From assembly GCA_017409065.1 (NCBI GenBank), contig JAFQTK010000107.1, positions 1 to 52,941 on the forward strand: DNA of 52,941 nt, read 5' to 3'. Numbering within the stretch: the first letter of the stretch is position 1; each line of letters begins with the position of its first letter. A program made the position numbers and the translations under genes. The stretch comes from a bacterium (GTDB lineage Bacteria > Cyanobacteriota > Vampirovibrionia > Gastranaerophilales > Gastranaerophilaceae). Positions 17,280-25,466 of the stretch are shown here, one piece after another. Below the pieces are notes generated by a model. That model was not told the DNA's origin. It worked only from the letters and a program-made list of their open reading frames with translations, and searched no databases.

Positions 17280-18155
17280 ATGACCAGTTTATTGCCACAA
17301 ACAAATAACGTAGCTCCAACTAATTATGCACCTGCTAACGGTGAAGTACAAATAGGATTAAGTCCTGAAACTAAAAGCTCACTTATGGCTGCAGGAATGA
17401 CAGGAGTTTTAGGCGGAACATGGTTTGCAAAACCTAAAATTGATAGTGGCTACAAAATAATACAATTAGACTAAGATATATTTGAATCATCTGTTAAAAT
17501 ACTTGCGGATACAGAACTTGAAAAAGAAGCTGTTACCATACTTGAAAATCTTAGAGAAGACAGTGGTAAAGCTGCCGAAAAGGAAGCAACAAGACTTTTT
17601 GGAGAGAAAACTGAATTAACACAAAAAGAACTACTTGGAAGATTTAAAAACAAGGGGCAACTTGAAAAATATATTGAGGCTTGGGACAAAAGAGCAGCAG
17701 GAATTATAAATGACATAGTCGGTGGACTTGGCGAAAATAACAATATTAACACCACTGAAGTAACTGAAGCTCATTTGAAGAAACTAGAAAAACTTGATAA
17801 AAATTTTGCTTCAAAATTTAAAACAGCATATCCGGAAAAAGCTACCATTGGGGACCTAATAACATTCTTAAACAATGAAAGCCAAAGCCTAGACGGAAAA
17901 TGTGGAAAATTAAAAAATTTAGTCAGAATTTTAAATCAAGCAGGTGATGGTGAAGTCGTATCAAAAGCCACAGCAAGAAACGCAACCAGACAACTATTCA
18001 TAGACCAAAGATTAGACCAAATTGATGCATGCTATGAAGCCATTAGAGGAAAACTTCCTAAATTAAGACTTGCCGGTGCAGCTAAATGGTTTGGTATAGG
18101 TTTAGCCCTATCAGTTGCATCTAATATGTTCTTTAGCTTATTTACAAAAAAATAA
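17280..18155 (+). pseudogene. hypothetical C-terminally TM-anchored protein; reading frame interrupted by one in-frame TAA (pseudogene, read-through or assembly error)
   Basis: ORF 17280-17474 has a good gaaggga RBS. It ends at TAA 17472-17474 and continues in the same frame with no stop for another 226 codons to 18155. There is no ATG or GTG in the first 100 of those codons. The ORF track's TTG start at 17775 is in this same frame. Confidence 0.5.
17472..17474 (+). other. single in-frame TAA splitting the 17280-18155 frame
   Basis: I translated codon by codon: ...KIIQLD-TAA-DIFESSVKILADTELEKEAVTILENL... Confidence 0.9.
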
Positions 18156-18250
18156 TTTTTTAAACATGTTATGCATTGTAAATAATTTGTGTATTTTCTT
18201 TCTATTCCATGAAATTTCAAATATAATCATGTTATATAGAGAGGAAAATT

Positions 18251-18856
18251 ATGTTGCAACAAATGGGTTTAAATAAAAATAAAAGCGAAAACAAAGCTTT
18301 TACGCCTAAAATGGTGCGGGATTTGTTAAATGTGGATAATGAGAGAATTATAAAACTTTGTAAAAAAGTATCACTCATCCCTAAAAAAAATTCTAAAGGT
18401 CAGACATATTTTTCCCGTGATGACGTAAGAATATTAAAAAGAGTGCAAGATTTGCAAAATCAAGCCATGCAAAAAGCACAGCAAACTATTAACAATAGAC
18501 CTCAACAACCACAAACACAAACACAAATGATTCCGGTAGCACCTGTACCGCCTCAACCGGTTGTTGATGCAAAACTTACTCAAGCTGCAATAGATACTAT
18601 TGAACGCTTAAATAAAACTCTGAATATCTTGGAAGACAATCTTTCACGCAAATTAACTTCTGTTTTAGATGAGAAATTAGATGGAATGGATGAAGTTGTT
18701 GTTGAATTAATTCGCTCTAAAACAGAAAATGAAAATTTACGTCATAAAATAAATGAGTTAAATAAAGAAAATTTCTATTTAAAAAATAACTTAAATTCGT
18801 ACAAAGCTTTAGGTTTTGGTCTATACACAAAAAAGCAACTAGATAACGAGTTTTAG
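18251..18856 (+). CDS. putative MerR-like HTH protein with Q/P-rich linker and C-terminal coiled coil
   Basis: 201 aa. 'FTPKMVRDLLNVDNERIIKLCKK....YFSRDDVRILKRVQDL' resembles a MerR-type HTH. The C-terminal half has heptad-like charged repeats. By-eye call only. Confidence 0.45.
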   Translation: MLQQMGLNKNKSENKAFTPKMVRDLLNVDNERIIKLCKKVSLIPKKNSKGQTYFSRDDVRILKRVQDLQNQAMQKAQQTINNRPQQPQTQTQMIPVAPVPPQPVVDAKLTQAAIDTIERLNKTLNILEDNLSRKLTSVLDEKLDGMDEVVVELIRSKTENENLRHKINELNKENFYLKNNLNSYKALGFGLYTKKQLDNEF

Positions 18857-18858
18857 TT

Positions 18859-19371
18859 TTAGCCTGTTTTTAAATAATTTAACCAATAATCTGAGTCCAC
18901 TTTTGAGTATTTTTTCAATTCAAAATCTATGTAATCTTCAGGTCGGAAAGGGCGACGCAAAAGTTTCATTCCCGCTTCTTTCGGGGTTCTGTCCGCTTTA
19001 AATTGATTACATTCTTTACAGCAAGCTACAATATTCTCCCAAATATCAGGTCCAAATCTGGATTTCGGATAAACATGGTCTAACGTTAATTCAGAATACG
19101 AAAATTTTCTTCCACAATATTGGCAAGTATAATTATCACGGATAAAAACATTTTCACGACAAAATGGCAGCTCCTTGTCCGGAACTGCCACATTATAGTT
19201 TAATTTAATTATTCTTGGAATATATTTATTCTCAATTTCAATATAATCCTCAATATTACTAATATGTTCTGCACATTGAGCCTTTCCCTTAATAAGCAAT
19301 ACCAATGCCCGCTTCCAACTTGTAATGCGAAGCGGCTTCTCATTACTGTTCAATAAAAGAACTTTGGCCAT
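18859..19371 (-). CDS. HNH endonuclease family protein
   Basis: 170 aa. 'CQYCGRKFSYSELTLDHVYPKSRFGPDIWENIVACCKECNQFKADRTPKEAG' is a complete HNH/McrA-type motif (CxxC...DH...N...CxxCN). Confidence 0.85.
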   Translation of the reverse strand: MAKVLLLNSNEKPLRITSWKRALVLLIKGKAQCAEHISNIEDYIEIENKYIPRIIKLNYNVAVPDKELPFCRENVFIRDNYTCQYCGRKFSYSELTLDHVYPKSRFGPDIWENIVACCKECNQFKADRTPKEAGMKLLRRPFRPEDYIDFELKKYSKVDSDYWLNYLKTG

Positions 19372-19658
19372 GGGGGATTACTCTTTAAACTACTACATTA
19401 GTAATATACCCATTTTTCCAAAAAAATAACGATAATTATAAATTCTGTTACAAAACTCAATAATATTGAACCATTATACATATATTACAAATTGTAAAAC
19501 CAAGTTTTTCTAAGCCTATACTGAGTTACACGAAGTCCATTCCATTCTATTAGGAAATTATCATAATAAATTTGTTTTTATTTAAGTATAAATTAGCTAA
19601 TTTTAACACATCATTACACAGGAAGAGAATTTAGATTTATTACAAGGAGGAATTAAAC

Positions 19659-19934
19659 ATGACTGTTTCTAATAATTTACCACAAATACCAAGTGGTACT
19701 GCTGGTTTGGCTACTGGCTTAGGTGGAGAAGTTGTTAGAGTTGCTAAAAAACAGCCTACCGGCACCGCTGAAAGAGCAATAGGAATTGGTGGCCTATTAA
19801 CGAAGGCTGGTAATCCTCAATCCCATCCTACTACACAGACAAAAGAACAACCTATACCAAGCAGTACGTCAGATGTGCCTTGGGGCTTAGGTGGCATCGC
19901 ATGGTTATTTCAAAAAATAGGAAGTTTATTCTAA
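19659..19934 (+). CDS. small Gly-rich hypothetical protein
   Basis: 91 aa with a strong aaggagg RBS and its own terminator. Repeated GLGG/GIGG motifs. No family recognised. Confidence 0.55.
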   Translation: MTVSNNLPQIPSGTAGLATGLGGEVVRVAKKQPTGTAERAIGIGGLLTKAGNPQSHPTTQTKEQPIPSSTSDVPWGLGGIAWLFQKIGSLF

Positions 19935-19959
19935 ATAGAAAAACAAATAAAAACAAAAA

Positions 19960-19986
19960 CCTCATCCCTAACAGGACGAGGTTTTT
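19960..19986 (+). terminator. intrinsic terminator
   Basis: cctcatcc (19960-19967) pairs with ggacgagg (19974-19981) in an 8-bp stem with one mismatch. A ttttt run follows. Confidence 0.7.
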
Positions 19987-20165
19987 CGCTATTTGCCCCA
20001 ATTGTTATTAAGAAATGTAACAATATATACAAAATTACGCAATTTTATATACAAAATATACTTTATATATATGTAAGACACAAACACAATAGCAAATATT
20101 AAATAAACACAGATTTTAACACTAACTAATTAACTTCCTAACCTTCCCTTCCTATAAAAAGCATT

Positions 20166-20190
20166 GCTCCTAATAAAGGAGCTTTTTTTT
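20166..20190. terminator. hairpin plus T-run just downstream of alr (possibly bidirectional)
   Basis: gctcct-aataa-aggagc (20166-20182) is followed by tttttttt on the + strand. On the - strand a weaker U-tract (aatgcttttt) follows. Confidence 0.5.
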
Positions 20191-20196
20191 GCGTAT

Positions 20197-21327
20197 TTAA
20201 CGGACATAAACTCTTGGAAGTCTAACTTTCAAACGACAAGTTAACTCATAATTGATTGTTTTTAATTCATCAGCCCACGCATTGATAGACAAGCTATCAT
20301 CTAATAAAGTTATAATATCTCCCTCATTAGCATCAATTCCTGTAATATCAAACATCATCTGATCCATAGTAATATTACCTATTTGACGAATAATTTGTCC
20401 GTTTAATTTTGCTAACAATTTATTAGACATTTTTCGGGGAACACCATCAGCATAACCGATAGGAATGGTTGCAATTTTAGTCGGCATACTTGTCTTGTAT
20501 GTATAAGCATAACTGACACCCGAATCTGAAGAAGCATTGTGAATATTTACGATTCGCCCCTTTAGACCTATTATTTGCTTTAAATCAGGTTTATTTTCAA
20601 TATCTAAAGGTAAATCCGGCATAAGTCCATACAACCCTATCCCTTCTCTAACCATATTTGTAAAATGAAGTTCATTTTGGTATGCAATTGTAGTAGCAGT
20701 ATTGGCACAATGGACTAACAAATTCTCATTATTTGGAATTTGAGAAACAACTTTTTTAAACGTTTCAATTTGTTTCTGAGTAATTTCTCTGTTTTCAGCA
20801 CAAGCAAAATGTGTAAATATTCCTTTTAACTCTACAAAATCTGAACTTTGAACACGCTTGATATATTCAACTGCCTTATCAGGAGAAATTCCAATCCTAT
20901 TCATACTCGTATCTATTTTTACATGTACAGGAACTTTTATCCCTATTTTTTCAAATGTTTGTTTAGCAGCTTGTAAATGTTGTTCAGAAAAAACCGAAAT
21001 GGTTATGTTATTCTCAGCAACCCAATCAAATGCCCATATAGGAGCAGCACCTAAAACAAGAATAGGCAAATCAAACCCACCATCTCTCAATTGCTGAGCT
21101 TCATCAAGCGAAGCAACACCAAGCATATGAATACCAGTTGCCACAAACGTTGGAGCTAACATCAAAGCTCCATGCCCGTACGCATCAGCCTTTATTACCG
21201 CCAATATCTTTTTATCAGCAGGTATAAATTTCTTTAATTCACAGATGTTATGCTCAACGTTTCCTATGTTGACCTCTACCCATGAATCTCTTCTTGTGCT
21301 TAAATATGAGGAGCGATTATTTTTCAT
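20197..21327 (-). CDS. alr: alanine racemase
   Basis: 376 aa. PLP-lysine motif 'AVIKADAYGHG' plus 'RIGISP', 'FTHFA' and 'VSYAYTY..PTKIATIPIGYADG'. Confidence 0.9.
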   Translation of the reverse strand: MKNNRSSYLSTRRDSWVEVNIGNVEHNICELKKFIPADKKILAVIKADAYGHGALMLAPTFVATGIHMLGVASLDEAQQLRDGGFDLPILVLGAAPIWAFDWVAENNITISVFSEQHLQAAKQTFEKIGIKVPVHVKIDTSMNRIGISPDKAVEYIKRVQSSDFVELKGIFTHFACAENREITQKQIETFKKVVSQIPNNENLLVHCANTATTIAYQNELHFTNMVREGIGLYGLMPDLPLDIENKPDLKQIIGLKGRIVNIHNASSDSGVSYAYTYKTSMPTKIATIPIGYADGVPRKMSNKLLAKLNGQIIRQIGNITMDQMMFDITGIDANEGDIITLLDDSLSINAWADELKTINYELTCRLKVRLPRVYVR

Positions 21328-21385
21328 ATTACCATAATAATTTAAACAAACTTTTTTCGCATGTTAAAATAAAATTGAGGTAAAA

Positions 21386-21706
21386 ATGGACAAAAATGAA
21401 CAAATAAAAATTATTGAAGAAATGCAACAAGTTACAGCACAAATGAGAATGGACGACATTGAAGAAAATCCTGATTGCCTGAATGAATTTTTTACTTGTG
21501 CCGCTTGCGGTCAATCAAAAGATTATGCAGGGTCGATAAAATACAGCGAATATAGACTTTGTAATGATTGTGTGCTACTTGCTGAAACAGGTTTTATGTT
21601 GGGAAAAATCAAAAACATTCAAGAACTAATTGATAACATGGAAGACAAAAGACTTGAAGCCATGTGTGATTTTATAAAAACCGACGAAAAATCTTTAAAT
21701 AATTAA
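21386..21706 (+). CDS. hypothetical protein with CxxC...CxxC zinc-ribbon-like motif
   Basis: 106 aa containing 'FTCAACGQSKDYAGSIKYSEYRLCNDCV'. No family recognised. Confidence 0.5.
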   Translation: MDKNEQIKIIEEMQQVTAQMRMDDIEENPDCLNEFFTCAACGQSKDYAGSIKYSEYRLCNDCVLLAETGFMLGKIKNIQELIDNMEDKRLEAMCDFIKTDEKSLNN

Positions 21707-21749
21707 CAAATTTAATACATTTAAATCGTTATATTTTCAAAATTGTGGG

Positions 21750-21764
21750 TATAATATATATATG
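21750..21764 (+). promoter_or_regulatory. TATAAT box 6 nt upstream of the ATG of the TPR gene (possible leaderless mRNA)
   Basis: tataat lies at 21750-21755 and the ATG at 21762-21764. There is no purine-rich SD in between. Confidence 0.3.
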
Positions 21765-23399
21765 GGTGAAAATTTAATCACAATTATATCTATCATAGCA
21801 ATTATAATTGGGTTGGGCTTGTACAAACTTGCAAGACCAATGTTTGGTGGTGCAAATTCTAAAACCGGCGAAAATTTACAAATCAGCCCAAATGATATAT
21901 ACGAACAAGTAAGAATTATGATAGCTAATGGAAATCATAATGTTGCACAAAAATTAGCAAAAAATTATCTTGATGAAAACCCCAAACACGACAAATTAAG
22001 GATATTGCTTGCAAAATCTTATTACGATATGGGTTCTTTGAATGAAGCTATCGACAATTTAGAAGTATTAAAAACTATTTTCCCTGACAGAATTGACTTA
22101 ATTATTATGCTTGCAAATGCATACCAAAAAACAGGTCAAAATAACAATGCAATTGATTCTTATTTAGAATTACTTGATGCCAACCCAGATTCTGTTGATA
22201 TACTAATTCCTTTGGCAGAACTTTATAACAGCGTCAACCACAAAAAATCTGCCTTGAATATTTATAAAAGATTATTAAACTTGGATATTAAAGAACAAGA
22301 AAAGATAGGTTATTATTACAAAGTTGCTTCTATATATAAAGATTTAGCAGAATACGAAAACGCAATTGAATACGTTAGTTTCGGACTTAATACCGATAAG
22401 AACAATATTAAACTTTTATATTTGTTTAGAGATTTGTGTTCTCTCACAAAAGATGTAAATAAAGAAATAGAAATCCTTAATAAATTAATGCTTCTAGCCC
22501 CAACCGATTTCCATTTACAATTTGATTTAATAAATCTTTATTACAAAACAGAAAAGTATGCAGAAGCCTTAGACATAGCAATCCCTGCATTAAATACTCC
22601 TTCGGCAGACATAGAATCACTTCAAAATATAATTGCCAATATTTATATAAAAACTAACAAAATTGCAGAAAGTGTTTCTGTACTGGAAAAAGCAATGAAT
22701 AATTATCCCGAATCAATTAAACTGACAGAAACCCTTGCAGCAGCTTACAAACTTTACGGGAAATACGAAGAATCCGTAGCCTTATACAAAAAACTGGTTG
22801 ATTGGGCAGATTTAAAACAGGCAAAATTATATAATTGTAATCTAAGTTCAGTATACTGCGATTGGGCATTATATTTGTACAATATTGACCAACATGCAGA
22901 GGCTTTCTCTAAATTTGATGAAGCTCTAAGATTGAACCCTGACAACTACGAAGTTTATGAAGGACTAGGACGAGTTAATTTCTTGGCAAAAAATTATAAC
23001 GATGCAATTAGACAAATGCAAAAAGCAATTGATTTAGATCCAAAAAATTGTGAACATTACATATTTTTAGCCGACATTTACCGCGACATGGACAATGTTT
23101 ATGAAGCCGAAAGAATGTACAAAGAAGCTATATTTATCAACCCAAATCACCCGATTTGTCGTGCAAAATTAGGCATTATTAAACTCAAACAAAAAGATAT
23201 TCAAACAGCTCTTAACCACCTATCTATTGCAGTCAAGTTAGAACCCGAAAATTGGGATTACTTATATAACTTAGCATTGGCTTACGAATTATCATCCGAC
23301 AAACCAAACGCAATTGAAGCATATAACAAAGTTTTAAAATTAAATCCTGAACATAAAGAGTCTGCAAAAAATTTGAAAATTCTTCAAAATTCAAGATAG
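21762..23399 (+). CDS. TPR repeat protein with N-terminal TM anchor
   Basis: 545 aa. N-terminal 'ITIISIIAIIIGLGLY' hydrophobic segment, followed by repeated TPR units (A..Y..AL.L.P.N). Confidence 0.8.
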   Translation: MGENLITIISIIAIIIGLGLYKLARPMFGGANSKTGENLQISPNDIYEQVRIMIANGNHNVAQKLAKNYLDENPKHDKLRILLAKSYYDMGSLNEAIDNLEVLKTIFPDRIDLIIMLANAYQKTGQNNNAIDSYLELLDANPDSVDILIPLAELYNSVNHKKSALNIYKRLLNLDIKEQEKIGYYYKVASIYKDLAEYENAIEYVSFGLNTDKNNIKLLYLFRDLCSLTKDVNKEIEILNKLMLLAPTDFHLQFDLINLYYKTEKYAEALDIAIPALNTPSADIESLQNIIANIYIKTNKIAESVSVLEKAMNNYPESIKLTETLAAAYKLYGKYEESVALYKKLVDWADLKQAKLYNCNLSSVYCDWALYLYNIDQHAEAFSKFDEALRLNPDNYEVYEGLGRVNFLAKNYNDAIRQMQKAIDLDPKNCEHYIFLADIYRDMDNVYEAERMYKEAIFINPNHPICRAKLGIIKLKQKDIQTALNHLSIAVKLEPENWDYLYNLALAYELSSDKPNAIEAYNKVLKLNPEHKESAKNLKILQNSR

Positions 23400-23525
23400 T
23401 TTTTAAATCTTACTTTAAATAAAAAATTTGCAAATAATCTCTTTTTATTTCTCAAAATGGCGAATGAAGCTATTAGGATATTTTCCTATTATGTAGTTAA
23501 TCAAACATTTTTGAGAGAGAGTACA

Positions 23526-24200
23526 ATGGCAAATACTAAACAAAAAATTAAAATAATGATGGTTGAAGACCACAAGCTGGTTCGGGTAGGTTTAAAAACA
23601 CTTTTTGAAGAAAGTAGTGACATCGAGGTTATTGCTGAATCCGAAAATGGCAAAGAAGCAATTGAAAAAGCCAGACTGTACAAACCTGACGTAATACTTA
23701 TGGATATAGGATTACCTGATATTTCAGGTATTGAATCAGCAAAAAAAATATTAGAAGAAAATTCAGAACAAAAAATCGTTATACTAACTTCTCACCAAGA
23801 TGAAACTGAAATTAACGAATGTTTAGTAATAGGCATAAATGCATATGCACTAAAAGACATAAATACTGAACATTTAATTATGGTAATAAAAACTGTTAAA
23901 GACGGTGCCATTTGGTTAGATTCAAGAATTGTTCCCAAACTACGTTCTCGTGGAGGTAATCTTATTCCCAAAAAACACATAAGCCGTTCTGAATTTCGAG
24001 CAAAACATGCAAATCTAACCGAACGAGAATACCAAGTCCTTAAACTCTTGGTAAACGGAGGGTCAAACAACGATATTGCAAATGAATTGTGTATAAGCGA
24101 ACATACCGCTAAAGCTCACGTTTGCAACATAATACAAAAACTGGTAGTTGATGATAGAACTCAAGCAGCAGTAAAAGCTATCAGAGAAGGTCTTGTCTAA
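23526..24200 (+). CDS. two-component response regulator, NarL/LuxR family
   Basis: The receiver domain has 'KIMMVEDHKLVRVGL' and phospho-acceptor context 'PDVILMDIGLPD'. The LuxR HTH is 'LTEREYQVLKLLVNGGSNNDIANELCISEHTAKAHVCNIIQKL'. I prefer the internal ATG at 23526 over the ORF-track start 23457. No kinase gene is adjacent. Confidence 0.85.
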   Translation: MANTKQKIKIMMVEDHKLVRVGLKTLFEESSDIEVIAESENGKEAIEKARLYKPDVILMDIGLPDISGIESAKKILEENSEQKIVILTSHQDETEINECLVIGINAYALKDINTEHLIMVIKTVKDGAIWLDSRIVPKLRSRGGNLIPKKHISRSEFRAKHANLTEREYQVLKLLVNGGSNNDIANELCISEHTAKAHVCNIIQKLVVDDRTQAAVKAIREGLV

Positions 24201-24288
24201 AATATAGTAAGTTAGAAAACAATACGAATAATAAAAACTCTGAAACTTTTATTTAAAATGTTTCAGGTACATAAAAAAGGAGAAAAAT

Positions 24289-24549
24289 ATGTCTAAATGT
24301 ATTTGCAAACAAATTGCAGAAATGGTAGAAAAAAACGGATGCGAAAAAATTCACGTTTGTACAGGTCACGCAGGAATATGCGGCTATGTAGACGTTGATA
24401 CAACAAAATCTGCAGACGGCATTTTGGTAATTAAAAATGCAAAAATTAAATATGATTGCAATTGTGAATCCGAAATGAAATCAGTTGACACAATTGGTAT
24501 TAGCGGACTCCATATTGTATCCTTCCATTGCGGAGAATCTGAAGTTTAA
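24289..24549 (+). CDS. small cysteine-rich hypothetical protein
   Basis: 86 aa with 9 Cys (CxC, C..C, CxC patterns). It has an aaaggag RBS and its own strong terminator. Confidence 0.6.
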   Translation: MSKCICKQIAEMVEKNGCEKIHVCTGHAGICGYVDVDTTKSADGILVIKNAKIKYDCNCESEMKSVDTIGISGLHIVSFHCGESEV

Positions 24550-24566
24550 TCCATAGCAACAGAATA

Positions 24567-24614
24567 TCAACCCAAAGATTTACGAAAGTTAGACCTTTGG
24601 GTTGATATTTTTTT
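24567..24614 (+). terminator. intrinsic terminator
   Basis: tcaacccaaag (24567-24577) pairs with ctttgggttga (24595-24605) in an 11-bp stem. tattttttt follows. Confidence 0.85.
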
Positions 24615-24665
24615 ATGAAAATTTATCTAAAATGGTAATGTGAGGTTAAGAGTACCAATTAGGGG

Positions 24666-25466
24666 TTGGAGAAGAGAGAAACCGTGGCTTTTTTGATAGA
24701 AGGAAACAGAGGGGAAAGTGTTGAGGAGCTTTTGATAAAAAACTCCACCGCTGAAGGTGTTAAAAAGTCATACAAATTACTTGTAAAAGCTGATGCCCTA
24801 AGACTAAATAAAATGTTCCAAGAAAGCATCAAGCATTACTTGAATGCTCTTATGTTGGAAAGAAATAATATTCAAATCTATATTGGATTAGCACAGTCTT
24901 ATCTGTTTTTGGATAACATAGACAAAGCAATAGAAACACTGGAAAAAGCCAAAAACATAGAACCGAATAATGCAGAAATTCCGTTTGAAATCGGCAAATG
25001 TTTTATGAGAATGGGTTTGCCTTGTGTTGCAATAGTTAGTTTGAAAGAAGCTATTCTTTTGGATAAAAATAACATTGAAGCACAACTACAACTCGGAGTT
25101 GCCCATGAACTTATGGAAGAATACGATTTAGCCCTAATGGTTTACCAACGAATCATGGAAAAACATCCATCGTACTTAAAAGCATATCAACACAAAGCCG
25201 CTTTGTTAGTCGAACTTAAAAAATATAATGAAGCTGCCGGTGTGTTCACTTCATTGCTAAAAATTAACCCTCAATACTACAAGGCTATTTTGGGTATAGG
25301 AATTTGCTTTGACAAAATGGGTAAAACAAGTAGTGCTATAAGATATTACAAACGTTTCTTAGAAGTTAAACCAAACTCAAAAAATGCACCCGACGTAATT
25401 GCTAGACTTGAACAAATCAAAAAAAATCGTTCAACCTCTGAAAATAATTTCTTAAAATTAGCTTAA
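24666..25466 (+). CDS. TPR repeat protein
   Basis: 266 aa with several clear TPR units ('AIETLEKAKNIEPNNAE', 'ALMVYQRIMEKHPSYLKA', 'AIRYYKRFLEVKPNS'). The start is uncertain: TTG at 24666, or GTG at 24684 which has a better ggagaagagag RBS. Confidence 0.75.
   Translation: MEKRETVAFLIEGNRGESVEELLIKNSTAEGVKKSYKLLVKADALRLNKMFQESIKHYLNALMLERNNIQIYIGLAQSYLFLDNIDKAIETLEKAKNIEPNNAEIPFEIGKCFMRMGLPCVAIVSLKEAILLDKNNIEAQLQLGVAHELMEEYDLALMVYQRIMEKHPSYLKAYQHKAALLVELKKYNEAAGVFTSLLKINPQYYKAILGIGICFDKMGKTSSAIRYYKRFLEVKPNSKNAPDVIARLEQIKKNRSTSENNFLKLA

Noticed and set aside
17472-17474. Stop-codon reassignment (TAA read as sense) as the explanation for the interrupted frame
   Set aside because: TAA terminates many well-conserved genes in this window at their expected lengths (for example kdsA, addA, glmS and the nuoH-like gene). 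No other conserved gene shows an internal TAA. A local mutation, sequencing error or read-through is far more likely.
17471-17755. 94-aa minus-strand ORF covering the region after the in-frame stop
   Set aside because: Its product is Ser/Leu/Phe-rich and low-complexity. The plus-strand frame encodes a far more protein-like sequence and is contiguous with the flanking ORFs.
8292-19371. GIY-YIG (8292-8582) and HNH (18859-19371) genes as signs of a mobile intron, homing element or prophage
   Set aside because: Both are small stand-alone ORFs embedded among housekeeping genes. No intron or intein host gene, integrase, terminal repeats or phage genes are present, so there is no support for mobility.
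23457-23525. N-terminal 23-aa extension of the response regulator in the ORF track
   Set aside because: The receiver domain begins right after the internal Met ('MANTKQKIKIMMVEDH'). The extension has no counterpart in the family, and a purine-rich stretch precedes the ATG at 23526.
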